A stretch of DNA of 64,000 nt from a virus, in IMG/VR virus record IMGVR_UViG_3300024054_000269, positions 1 to 64,000 of that record; one strand, written 5' to 3'. The translations under genes were made by a program, and so were the position numbers. Below the pieces are notes generated by a model. The model saw only the letters and a program-made list of their open reading frames with translations, had not been told where the DNA came from and did not search any database. Position 1 is the first letter of the stretch. Each line of letters opens with the position of its first letter. Below, one piece after another: positions 45,740 to 54,271 of this stretch.

Positions 45740-47050
45740 GTGAGTCTGGATCGAAATATTTGGATTTCTACTCTGAATTCGATGGCCGTGGCTGTCAATA
45801 AGATGGCCAAAGCAGATACAATTACATACGGTGAGTTATTTTCACATGTTAAAAAAGATAAAATTTCATATCTTTCGCCAATTATGCAGAAAGCAGTTTT
45901 ATCGTATTTGTCAAGTCAAAAAATTATAGATATAAAATTGTCTGACAATTTAGAGAATGACACAATAATATCACTAGATAAAGCTAATCTGATTAACATT
46001 TATAATTCATTTGTACGCGGCAATAGAAAAGAAATTGAGAAACTCTTTAATGAAGGTCAAAAAATAATTAAAGAAATTGCTGACAATCAATCGAAGTTGC
46101 ACGCTACAAAAGATGAACCTGAAAAATCTGAACCTGAAAAAGATGAACCTGAAAAATCTGATAAACTAATCGTTTCAGAGCCGGAGCCGAGTCCGGAGCC
46201 GAGTCCGGCCCCTCCAAACCGTTATCAATTTACTAAAGAACAAAAAGATCGGCTTGAATGGGCAGAATATGCAATTTTATGTTTGTCAGATTACAATTGG
46301 GTGACACGCAATGATTTGTTTCCTGATAAGTCCATCAATTCTGGATGGCGTGTTCGCTTTATGGGAAAGTTAAAGGCTGCTGGGTGCCTTAAAAAATCTG
46401 GAGTAAAAAAATATACAAAATGGAAAGGCGTAGAGGAAAAGATTGATAAACTATTAAAATATGATAATTTAGTTGAATTCTTGTTTCCAGGAATTGCTTC
46501 GCAGCCAATTTTAACTCAATCAAATACTGAAAAAATCAGAATTGGAAAGTCTGGCAGATTTATAATAAATAGCATCCAAGATAACTCTACTGTGTCATAT
46601 TGGGTTGATCATAATTCGTTAGTTGATTTATTAAAAAATAACGGACATAGGTCAGATAATATCACCAGAAGTATTAATCGTTTGATGGCTTACGGCATTT
46701 TGATTGAAAATGACGGTAAATACTCATTGAGCAAATTTGGTTCGGACGTTAAACATGGCAGACTTAAAGATGAACCAATATTTAATGATGATGAAGATGA
46801 AATAACAAACGATGATGAAAATGAAAATGAAAATGAAAATGAAAATGAAAATGAAAATGAAGAGTCGCTAGTTGTAAGTTCATCAAGTGATGATGCATTT
46901 AGCATGATCTTAGACAGGATGTCTAAATATCTTGAAATTTTTGAATCTCAATCTGAACAATTCAAAGAAATAAACAACAAAATTAGCGAGATTAATGGAA
47001 AACTAAATGCTATCTTAGATGCAATGAACGTGAACAAGCACCATGGATAG
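45740..47050 (+). CDS. Hypothetical protein, possibly multi winged-helix
   Basis: 436 aa with EPEK and EN repeats; TACATT-N5-GTG. Confidence 0.6.
   Translation: MSLDRNIWISTLNSMAVAVNKMAKADTITYGELFSHVKKDKISYLSPIMQKAVLSYLSSQKIIDIKLSDNLENDTIISLDKANLINIYNSFVRGNRKEIEKLFNEGQKIIKEIADNQSKLHATKDEPEKSEPEKDEPEKSDKLIVSEPEPSPEPSPAPPNRYQFTKEQKDRLEWAEYAILCLSDYNWVTRNDLFPDKSINSGWRVRFMGKLKAAGCLKKSGVKKYTKWKGVEEKIDKLLKYDNLVEFLFPGIASQPILTQSNTEKIRIGKSGRFIINSIQDNSTVSYWVDHNSLVDLLKNNGHRSDNITRSINRLMAYGILIENDGKYSLSKFGSDVKHGRLKDEPIFNDDEDEITNDDENENENENENENENEESLVVSSSSDDAFSMILDRMSKYLEIFESQSEQFKEINNKISEINGKLNAILDAMNVNKHHG
46817..46858 (+). repeat. (GAAAAT)7 in-frame hexamer repeat (EN x7)
   Basis: Visible directly. Confidence 0.9.
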
Positions 47051-47900
47051 ACCTGAATTAATAGCAAAATACCGTTTTGCGAAAACGGACCGAGAAAAAG
47101 CTGATATAGAGCTTCAAATCTGGAATGCCATACCAAGACATGAACGTACTGGCGTTGGTATGGCTAAACAACTTAGACCATTGCTTAATATTCCTTTATA
47201 TCAAATTTCAAATCGCTACCAAATTTCTTTGGCTGGTAAGGATTTTGAATTCCTTTGGGATAAAATCGAAAGTGGTATGACATTAGGAACCGCCACAAGA
47301 ATAATTAATGAAGCTAGGAATGCAGCAAAAAAGCATGATTTGAAAATCAAGGATGTAATACCAAAAATTGTAGAGGCCTATGATTCAATTGGGTACGGAA
47401 CGACGCTTAAATCTGGAAAGGTTATAAGGAAAAGAACGTTTCAAAATTTAATATTTGAACCACCAAACGCAGATATGTTGTCTGTTTTAACCGATCAAAT
47501 ATATGAAATTGTACTTAATGGATGTCGGGTTTACGAATATGATAAATATAAAATTCTTCAAGAATTGAAGATTGATCTTGAAATATTGGTCAAAGAATAC
47601 AAAAGAAAAATCAACAAACTTGACCGAAAGAATGCAATTGATCAAGAATCATTAATGATGGATGACGTTGTGAATGCTTGTGAAATACTTGGCATTGACA
47701 TTCCACAAATTGGTGAAAGTGTAAACTCAAATGAGGTAAAATCTAAAGTTAGGTCTAAGGCTAAGATTTATCATCCAGATGTACATGGCGGAAGTGAATC
47801 CACAAGACACAAATACGAAGAAGTTATGTGGTCGTATAAAGTTCTCCAAGAATATAACGAAAATTTTGCAAATCAAAAAATAAAAAGGTCTAGACGATGA
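47043..47900 (+). CDS. Protein with C-terminal J-domain
   Basis: ACEILGI..VKSKVRSKAKIYHPDVHGG..YEEVMWSYKVL (HPD motif). Confidence 0.75.
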   Translation: MDRPELIAKYRFAKTDREKADIELQIWNAIPRHERTGVGMAKQLRPLLNIPLYQISNRYQISLAGKDFEFLWDKIESGMTLGTATRIINEARNAAKKHDLKIKDVIPKIVEAYDSIGYGTTLKSGKVIRKRTFQNLIFEPPNADMLSVLTDQIYEIVLNGCRVYEYDKYKILQELKIDLEILVKEYKRKINKLDRKNAIDQESLMMDDVVNACEILGIDIPQIGESVNSNEVKSKVRSKAKIYHPDVHGGSESTRHKYEEVMWSYKVLQEYNENFANQKIKRSRR

Positions 47901-48433
47901 AACCAAAGAGGAATAAGATGGCGACGAATGTGAAAGTTACTGGATACGAAGCACCCGGTAAGATGAAGACCCTGTCGCATCGGGTCGCACATTTTCTGAA
48001 TTGGGGTGCTCAGCACATGCCTTATGTGTATTTTTCGTACAACGTGATTGTCCGAGAAATTAATGGATTTACTAATACTCCACGACACGACAACCCGCAA
48101 GTCGACGCAGTTAGAAAGTGCATGCAATCTGTGAAGCGCATTATGTTGCGCGATTCTGGGCGTGGCTTTCATGCTAAAAAGAATGAAGGCGTAAGAGCGA
48201 CGGTTGATGACTTGGACAAGATCGAATATGACATGGTCCCACGTCAAAGTCGCATCAACTCCTCAGTTCAGGTTCAGAAGCAAGTCGCCTCAACTGTAAA
48301 GCATGATCGTCTTCCAGCAACCGAGCGAGGGAAAATACTTTCTAAGTTCCTTCATGGTGTAAAGAACGAAATTCGTTTTTTGGAAGAAGAAAAACGAATT
48401 ATGGCTCTCTTGCCAGAGAAATCCAAAAAGTAA
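47897..48433 (+). CDS. Basic hypothetical protein
   Basis: 178 aa. Confidence 0.6.
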   Translation: MKPKRNKMATNVKVTGYEAPGKMKTLSHRVAHFLNWGAQHMPYVYFSYNVIVREINGFTNTPRHDNPQVDAVRKCMQSVKRIMLRDSGRGFHAKKNEGVRATVDDLDKIEYDMVPRQSRINSSVQVQKQVASTVKHDRLPATERGKILSKFLHGVKNEIRFLEEEKRIMALLPEKSKK

Positions 48434-48434
48434 T

Positions 48435-48656
48435 ATGGCGTTTACCCGAAAAGATCTGGACAGTTTTCGGTGCGATAACCCGAGTTGCACCGAAAAACAT
48501 GGTCCATTGATATTGCATAGCATTTGTCACCCGAATGACCCAACATGGTCATTCTATGATTATAACAATGGGATTTTGACTGTTAAATGTTCAATCTGTG
48601 AATCTGAAATAGCAGAAATTTTAGTTGCTGTGTGCAATGAATTGGATAAGAATTAG
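48435..48656 (+). CDS. Small Cys/His zinc-binding protein
   Basis: CDNPSC..HSICH..CSIC. Confidence 0.6.
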   Translation: MAFTRKDLDSFRCDNPSCTEKHGPLILHSICHPNDPTWSFYDYNNGILTVKCSICESEIAEILVAVCNELDKN

Positions 48657-48804
48657 CGGTCCAAAGTGGACTTTCGTTATAATTGAAAAAGACGGTGTTG
48701 TCGTTGATTCCCCGCCAATTTCAAAGTGGGCGATCGGAAAACCACTGGAAATGGTTCTTGTTTGGTGGGCCAAGAAGGGTGCCGATAAAATAACTAAACT
48801 TTAA
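48637..48804 (+). CDS. 55-aa hypothetical protein (below ORF-track cut-off)
   Basis: MNWIRISGPKWTFVIIEKDGVVVDSPPISKWAIGKPL...KITKL-TAA fills the gap. Confidence 0.55.
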   Translation: MNWIRISGPKWTFVIIEKDGVVVDSPPISKWAIGKPLEMVLVWWAKKGADKITKL

Positions 48805-49315
48805 CTTGGTCGATCTTTAATTGATGTTGCTTCCAGATTTTTATTCTATGACAATTAACGCATATTAAATCGCACTTTTCAATCTCCAGTATAATCTTTT
48901 CTTTTGAGTATTTGCTGTTTTTCATTTGTGATACTGGTTTAAATTTTTTCTTTTGGTTTCTATGATCGAAATTCAAACTCCAATATCTAAATTGATGGCC
49001 GCAATTTGAACATCTGCGGTTATCCTTGATTGAATTCAACCAATTTGTAAGTTCTACGAGCTTGTTGCTAACGCATGTGTTTTGCACGTTTTGATTAAAT
49101 TTATTACTGTTACAATTAGCACAAATAAGATGATGTTTTCTTATTTTGTTTAAAATGGTTTTTGTACTGACCGTATACATTTTGTGAAGTGATATTTGTA
49201 CATCAAATTCCATTGCTGAAAAATGGAATTTTCCACCACATTTATAACATGGCCCTGATTTCAAATTTTGAACAAAATTTCTTATTCTGTTTCGTTTAAT
49301 TCTTGTTTTCAACAT
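48794..49315 (-). CDS. HNH-like endonuclease (duplicated domain)
   Basis: CYKCG..LICANC and CSNCG..FDH..EIEKCDLICVNCH. Confidence 0.7.
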   Translation of the reverse strand: MLKTRIKRNRIRNFVQNLKSGPCYKCGGKFHFSAMEFDVQISLHKMYTVSTKTILNKIRKHHLICANCNSNKFNQNVQNTCVSNKLVELTNWLNSIKDNRRCSNCGHQFRYWSLNFDHRNQKKKFKPVSQMKNSKYSKEKIILEIEKCDLICVNCHRIKIWKQHQLKIDQVKV

Positions 49316-51251
49316 TAATAACCCATCTTTTTTTACCTAGATCCCAAATTTTGTAATAACCTTGAGCTTCTCTCAATTGAGTTTCAGTTTTTCCGCTTAA
49401 TTTCTCTTCTCCTTTCTTTCTTAGGCTTGATTTATGGTATCTTTTTTTGTTCTTTGTCCAGAAATAGTCAGAGCTAATTAAGCCATCAAATTTAAATCCT
49501 AATTTTTCATAAATTTTACCAGAAAACAATCTATTGTCAGAAAAACTAACTATAGATTTTAAATTATGCTCTAGAACAAACATGTTTAGCAATTTAGTCC
49601 AAATCCCGTGGACTCTGAAATTTGGATGTGAAACCATTCGAACTAATTCATAATCATGTTTAGATTGTCTAGTTGGATTTTTGAATGACATGCACGCAAT
49701 TAATTGATTTTTATACCAAGCGCCATAATTTAATTTTGATTTGGCTTTTCCTATATAATGAAACTGTTCATACAAAAAATCAGCTTCTTGTAATGATGTT
49801 TTACGCAAATCACATTGTTTTGGTCTAATGCTTATCGGTTTAAATTTATTTAACCGATTTTTTACCAAATTTTTTATTGATTCTTTCCTATATTTCCATT
49901 CATCTTCATATACAACCAAATAACTGTAGTCATGTTTAATAGCTAAATCATATTTAATTTTGTCTCGTTTTTTTGATTCTTCTGAACCATGCCACTTTAA
50001 ACCATGAAATTCAATCAATAAATTATTTTTTGGAACAAATATGTCATATTTATATCCAAATGTTTTATACTCAGATTCTACATCAATATTTAATGATTTA
50101 ATAAATTTCATCAATTCGCCCTGCCCAACTGAGAGTGAATTGTTTGATGTACACCCGCATGTTAAAGATTCACCAGTTTTTATTCCATGGAGTCTTGGGT
50201 AGTATATGTTTTTACAAACTTCGCATATAGCTTTAAACGGTTTTGATACTGATGTTATAGTTTCAAGGGCCTCAATACCGCCAAATATTTTTCCAGGTTG
50301 GACTGGGCATTTTAATGATTTTATTGCAATTTGATTTTCTATATACCAATTCTTAATGTTGTTTGAACACTTACCACAAGATTTTGTGTACCCTGAACAT
50401 ACGCTTGTTATACTTATCAATGCTTCATTTCCACAATCACATAACCATTCAATTTTTTTGTCTGAATGCTTCTTTATTGATTGTTGATGTTTGATTCTTA
50501 ATTTACCAAATTTTATCTCTAATGATTGTGTTGCTGAAATTTCGTTACATTTATTACATGTCTTTTTATATCCAGAAAATACTTCTCGTATCTTTAATAA
50601 TTCTTTTCTACCACATTTACAAATAAATAATTCTTTTGAATTTGATACTTTGTTTATTATAGTTTTGTCGCCTACATAAACAAAACTATTTATCTTGTCA
50701 CCATTTTTGATGTTTACTTCTTCACATTTGTTACATGTTGAATTTGGTGAATATCTGTTAAATTTTCTTGTATATGTTTTCCCGCAATTGCATAGGAAAT
50801 CAAATTTTTTATTTGTTCCAGCTGTCCATGAATTTGGTAGATTTTTATCCACCAAATTCGGCAGTTTCAATAGCCAGTCTTCTTTTTTCTTCGACTCATA
50901 ATGTGGTTTAATAATAATTATATTATGTCGTAAACATCCACAACTTTTGATTTTCCCACTCAAAACATGATGAGGTTTAATTAATTTTTCTTTTCCACAA
51001 TCACATTTCCACAAATATTTTTCTGTTAATTTTATTACATCTTCAATGTTGGTAATAAGTTTCAGGCTGTTGAATTTTGTTTGATTTGTTTTTTTCCACA
51101 AAAACAATTTGCATGAACCACAGCTTTTACTAGCTCCAGTTGCGAAATTTGCCCAGTTTGTTTTGAATTTATTACCACAATCGCAAACGAATTCAATTCG
51201 TTGTTTTGAATATTTATTACTTGGCAATTCAGAAGTAATTGGCGTTATCAT
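49296..51251 (-). CDS. Zn-ribbon repeats + PD-(D/E)XK (Hef-like) endonuclease + GNAT-like domain, paralogue of 34684..36237
   Basis: CDCG repeats; YDIFVP..LLIEFHG; YELVRM, VSFSDNR, KIWDLG. Confidence 0.7.
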   Translation of the reverse strand: MITPITSELPSNKYSKQRIEFVCDCGNKFKTNWANFATGASKSCGSCKLFLWKKTNQTKFNSLKLITNIEDVIKLTEKYLWKCDCGKEKLIKPHHVLSGKIKSCGCLRHNIIIIKPHYESKKKEDWLLKLPNLVDKNLPNSWTAGTNKKFDFLCNCGKTYTRKFNRYSPNSTCNKCEEVNIKNGDKINSFVYVGDKTIINKVSNSKELFICKCGRKELLKIREVFSGYKKTCNKCNEISATQSLEIKFGKLRIKHQQSIKKHSDKKIEWLCDCGNEALISITSVCSGYTKSCGKCSNNIKNWYIENQIAIKSLKCPVQPGKIFGGIEALETITSVSKPFKAICEVCKNIYYPRLHGIKTGESLTCGCTSNNSLSVGQGELMKFIKSLNIDVESEYKTFGYKYDIFVPKNNLLIEFHGLKWHGSEESKKRDKIKYDLAIKHDYSYLVVYEDEWKYRKESIKNLVKNRLNKFKPISIRPKQCDLRKTSLQEADFLYEQFHYIGKAKSKLNYGAWYKNQLIACMSFKNPTRQSKHDYELVRMVSHPNFRVHGIWTKLLNMFVLEHNLKSIVSFSDNRLFSGKIYEKLGFKFDGLISSDYFWTKNKKRYHKSSLRKKGEEKLSGKTETQLREAQGYYKIWDLGKKRWVINVENKN

Positions 51252-51370
51252 AATTCATAAATCTTACAATACAAGAAACTCAACATGTTGTTCGAATGTA
51301 TCAATTATACTATGAATACTATTTAACAATACGTTCTTTATTGAGTTCTCTTAAGTAAGGAAACTAAGAA

Positions 51371-52045
51371 ATGGCAAGAGTAAGTGATGGATACATATAC
51401 AGGCGGGGTTCTTCACCGAACACAAAGGTAGCCATTTCGCAGAAAAACCGTGTATTTTCAATTCCATTCCAACAAAATTCATTTAAACAAATTGGTGTGC
51501 TATCTACGTTTGATTGGTCAGAGTCAAGAGCTGTTGATCCAGTGAGAGGCGTCGGATTCGGTGACAAGATTCAGGAATTAGTTCCTGGTGTCACTGAGCC
51601 AATGACGCTTACTTTAAACCGAACTCTTTTGTACACTGCTTCTATTGCACAAGAAGTTGGATACGCTGGTGGAGTTGACGGACTTGTCAGATCTTTGCGT
51701 CAGCATAAATGGCCATTTGATATTAGATCAGAATTAGTTTTTTCTGAATTAATCAGCCAAGGTGCTGAATTTCAAAATGTTTTGGTTCAAACCCCCGGTT
51801 CTGATGGTGGGTTTGCACTTATTACTAGATATGAAGCTTGTTGGCTTAACTCAATTTCAGCTAGTTTTCCTTCTGACTCAGCCATAGTTGTTGAAGATGC
51901 CTCAGCAACATGTACGGATGTGCTTGACGGATTGCCCAGTTTCTATGGTCCAGGGCCACTTGATTATGGTGACAATCTTGAGTCTGGTAATAATCCGTTC
52001 AACACTGCTAATGGTGGTGGGTCGGCCCTTTTCACCGGAGCTTAA
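51371..52045 (+). CDS. Tail tube protein
   Basis: 224 aa; ESRAVDPVRGVGFGD..ELVPG, LNRTLLY, FDIR, YEACW pattern of myovirus tubes; SD-like AAGGA. Confidence 0.75.
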   Translation: MARVSDGYIYRRGSSPNTKVAISQKNRVFSIPFQQNSFKQIGVLSTFDWSESRAVDPVRGVGFGDKIQELVPGVTEPMTLTLNRTLLYTASIAQEVGYAGGVDGLVRSLRQHKWPFDIRSELVFSELISQGAEFQNVLVQTPGSDGGFALITRYEACWLNSISASFPSDSAIVVEDASATCTDVLDGLPSFYGPGPLDYGDNLESGNNPFNTANGGGSALFTGA

Positions 52046-52142
52046 TTAAAACTATTTTAATTGTAAATACCAAGGCTATGGTATGGTTAGCCAGAGGCTG
52101 GTTAGTATCTGTCTGGCGATCCAAAGACCGGAGCAATGAATT

Positions 52143-53108
52143 ATGGACGAAGATTTTCTTGTTGAATTAGATAACAAATTAGCAAACATAGGTTATGAAA
52201 CTGTTTGGAAGGTGGAAATTGGCGGTCATTTGATTTGGCTGTCTCCTCCGTCTCAAACTGAAAATATGAAAATTAATGAGACTATGACAAATCAGTCTCT
52301 TGGTATTCATATTTTGTCTGAAGTTAAACGCACAACTCTTTCATATGTAATAGTTGGTCTTGATGATATAGATTTTCGTCAACATGATAAATATGGACCA
52401 TTCCCATCAAAGAAAGACGGGAAACCAACTTATCTGTCAAGAGACAGATATATGTATGCAAAATTAGCAAATTGGCCAGCTCAAATGATTGATGATATAT
52501 TTTCAGTTTTCACCGATCTTATGACAAGTTATGAAATAGAAAATTTGAAAAATATTGAATTTAAGAATAAAAAGAGTCAACTTGAGGAACTTGAGGAACT
52601 TGAGATAAGGATCCAGAACATCAGAGCTGAGCTTGGCATGCCAAGGTTGATTGAAGCAACTGATGAACCTACTAAACAAGAGAAAAAAGCTGCAGAAGAG
52701 GCAGAAAAAGAATTTGAAGAAGAGTTAGAGGCTGAGGTGCTTAAGGCGCAAGAAGAAGCGCAAGAAGATACCGAAGAGGCGCAAGAAGATACCGAAGAGG
52801 CGCAAGAAGAGGTTGTTGAGATAAAGCCCGTTGCCCCAAGAATTGTTCCGCCAACCCAAGATCACCCAAAGCCTAAAATAGAGGATGTTGATCCAAAGGT
52901 TGCTCAACGTGCTCGTGAATTAGCTCAAATTGAAAGTGCGCCAGTTAGAGTAAGCGATGGCAAACAAGTTTATGTTGGTATGCCATCTGTTTCGAATGAA
53001 ACAATTGAAAAGAAGTCACAAGATAAACTTGATCCAAAGAAGATAGTAATAGACGCTCCGCCGCAAGGCGGTAGAAACCCGCGTTTCCAACCACCACCTA
53101 AGATTTAA
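52143..53108 (+). CDS. Putative tail assembly chaperone
   Basis: Position between tube and tape measure; acidic low-complexity C-half. Confidence 0.5.
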   Translation: MDEDFLVELDNKLANIGYETVWKVEIGGHLIWLSPPSQTENMKINETMTNQSLGIHILSEVKRTTLSYVIVGLDDIDFRQHDKYGPFPSKKDGKPTYLSRDRYMYAKLANWPAQMIDDIFSVFTDLMTSYEIENLKNIEFKNKKSQLEELEELEIRIQNIRAELGMPRLIEATDEPTKQEKKAAEEAEKEFEEELEAEVLKAQEEAQEDTEEAQEDTEEAQEEVVEIKPVAPRIVPPTQDHPKPKIEDVDPKVAQRARELAQIESAPVRVSDGKQVYVGMPSVSNETIEKKSQDKLDPKKIVIDAPPQGGRNPRFQPPPKI

Positions 53109-53111
53109 TTC

Positions 53112-54260
53112 ATGAACAATGGGCAAAGCGTCAAACCTGAACAGGAGCAAGATAATAAAAAAATAAAAATAAGTATACCTGAACAATATAAAAGGAATCT
53201 TGATGAATCAGTTTGGGAAGAATTAGAAGAATATTTATTCACTGGCTTTTTAACTAGCCAAGCTTACATAGCTGGTAATAGTTTTGTTTTCAAAACACTG
53301 AATTGGTATGAATCAAATTTTATTAATTATTTGAAACCTGCAAAAGAATCTGCAATAGAACAAAAGCTTCATTTTCAAGCTTCGTTTATAGCACACAGCA
53401 TTTTCATAACTGAAGGTGAAAATGTTTTATTTGACAGGCCTAACCATATACGTCGTCTTATAAATATAATTAAGAAAATTCCAACTTCATTCCAAAATGA
53501 GATTATTTTGAATCTTTCTTACATAAATAAAAAAGCTGTTAGGTTATATCCATTAGTTGAAGTTTATGTTCATGAAAATAAATCTAGATTAAAATGGCTT
53601 CAACTAAAAAATCTACCAATTCATTCACCACAATCTACCGGAATTTCAGGAACTGAACATTTGGGAATGAATCTATGCCAATCAACTTGGGTCGCTTTAA
53701 ATAGACTGATTGACATCAAAGATGAATCTGAACGTGACTGGAATAACGCAAAATTTGTGGGTTCATGCTTTGCAAAAGGCGTAAGAAGTATAGACCAACA
53801 AGATAAACAACAGAAAGACATAGAACGCCAAAAACTTGAAGATTTAAAAATTGAAGTTCTTTACAAATATTTAAACAGGATAGATGATGATAAATCAATG
53901 CCAAAACAGGTTTCTCTTCCTGACGGCAGAACAGCTGAAGTTGTTGAGGAAAAGCGTGCCCAAACAGTTGATGAATTAGCTGAGCAATTACAAAATGCAT
54001 TAAATGAAGAAAAAGATCATCACGATATTGTTATTGGACACACGATTGAAAAAATCAAACAACGTGCTAAATTGATAGATAAAAATCGACAGGCTATCCA
54101 GTCTGGAATGATAACAAATCCTGAAGGCGGAACTAAAATTATTGGTGGTCGTGTCGAGGCACAAGAAGTTATAGACAGAATAAAGAAAGCACGTCTTGAA
54201 TCAATACAGGCACATTATAGAAATCATACACCGAATTTAGAAGATATTGATAAACTTTAG
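53112..54260 (+). CDS. Putative tail assembly protein
   Basis: Directly upstream of tape measure gene. Confidence 0.45.
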   Translation: MNNGQSVKPEQEQDNKKIKISIPEQYKRNLDESVWEELEEYLFTGFLTSQAYIAGNSFVFKTLNWYESNFINYLKPAKESAIEQKLHFQASFIAHSIFITEGENVLFDRPNHIRRLINIIKKIPTSFQNEIILNLSYINKKAVRLYPLVEVYVHENKSRLKWLQLKNLPIHSPQSTGISGTEHLGMNLCQSTWVALNRLIDIKDESERDWNNAKFVGSCFAKGVRSIDQQDKQQKDIERQKLEDLKIEVLYKYLNRIDDDKSMPKQVSLPDGRTAEVVEEKRAQTVDELAEQLQNALNEEKDHHDIVIGHTIEKIKQRAKLIDKNRQAIQSGMITNPEGGTKIIGGRVEAQEVIDRIKKARLESIQAHYRNHTPNLEDIDKL

Positions 54261-54271
54261 AAAGGTGAACA

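Noticed and set aside
52143-54260. Programmed frameshift between the two pre-tape-measure genes
   Set aside because: The ORFs do not overlap, the second has its own ATG, and I saw no convincing slippery site at the junction
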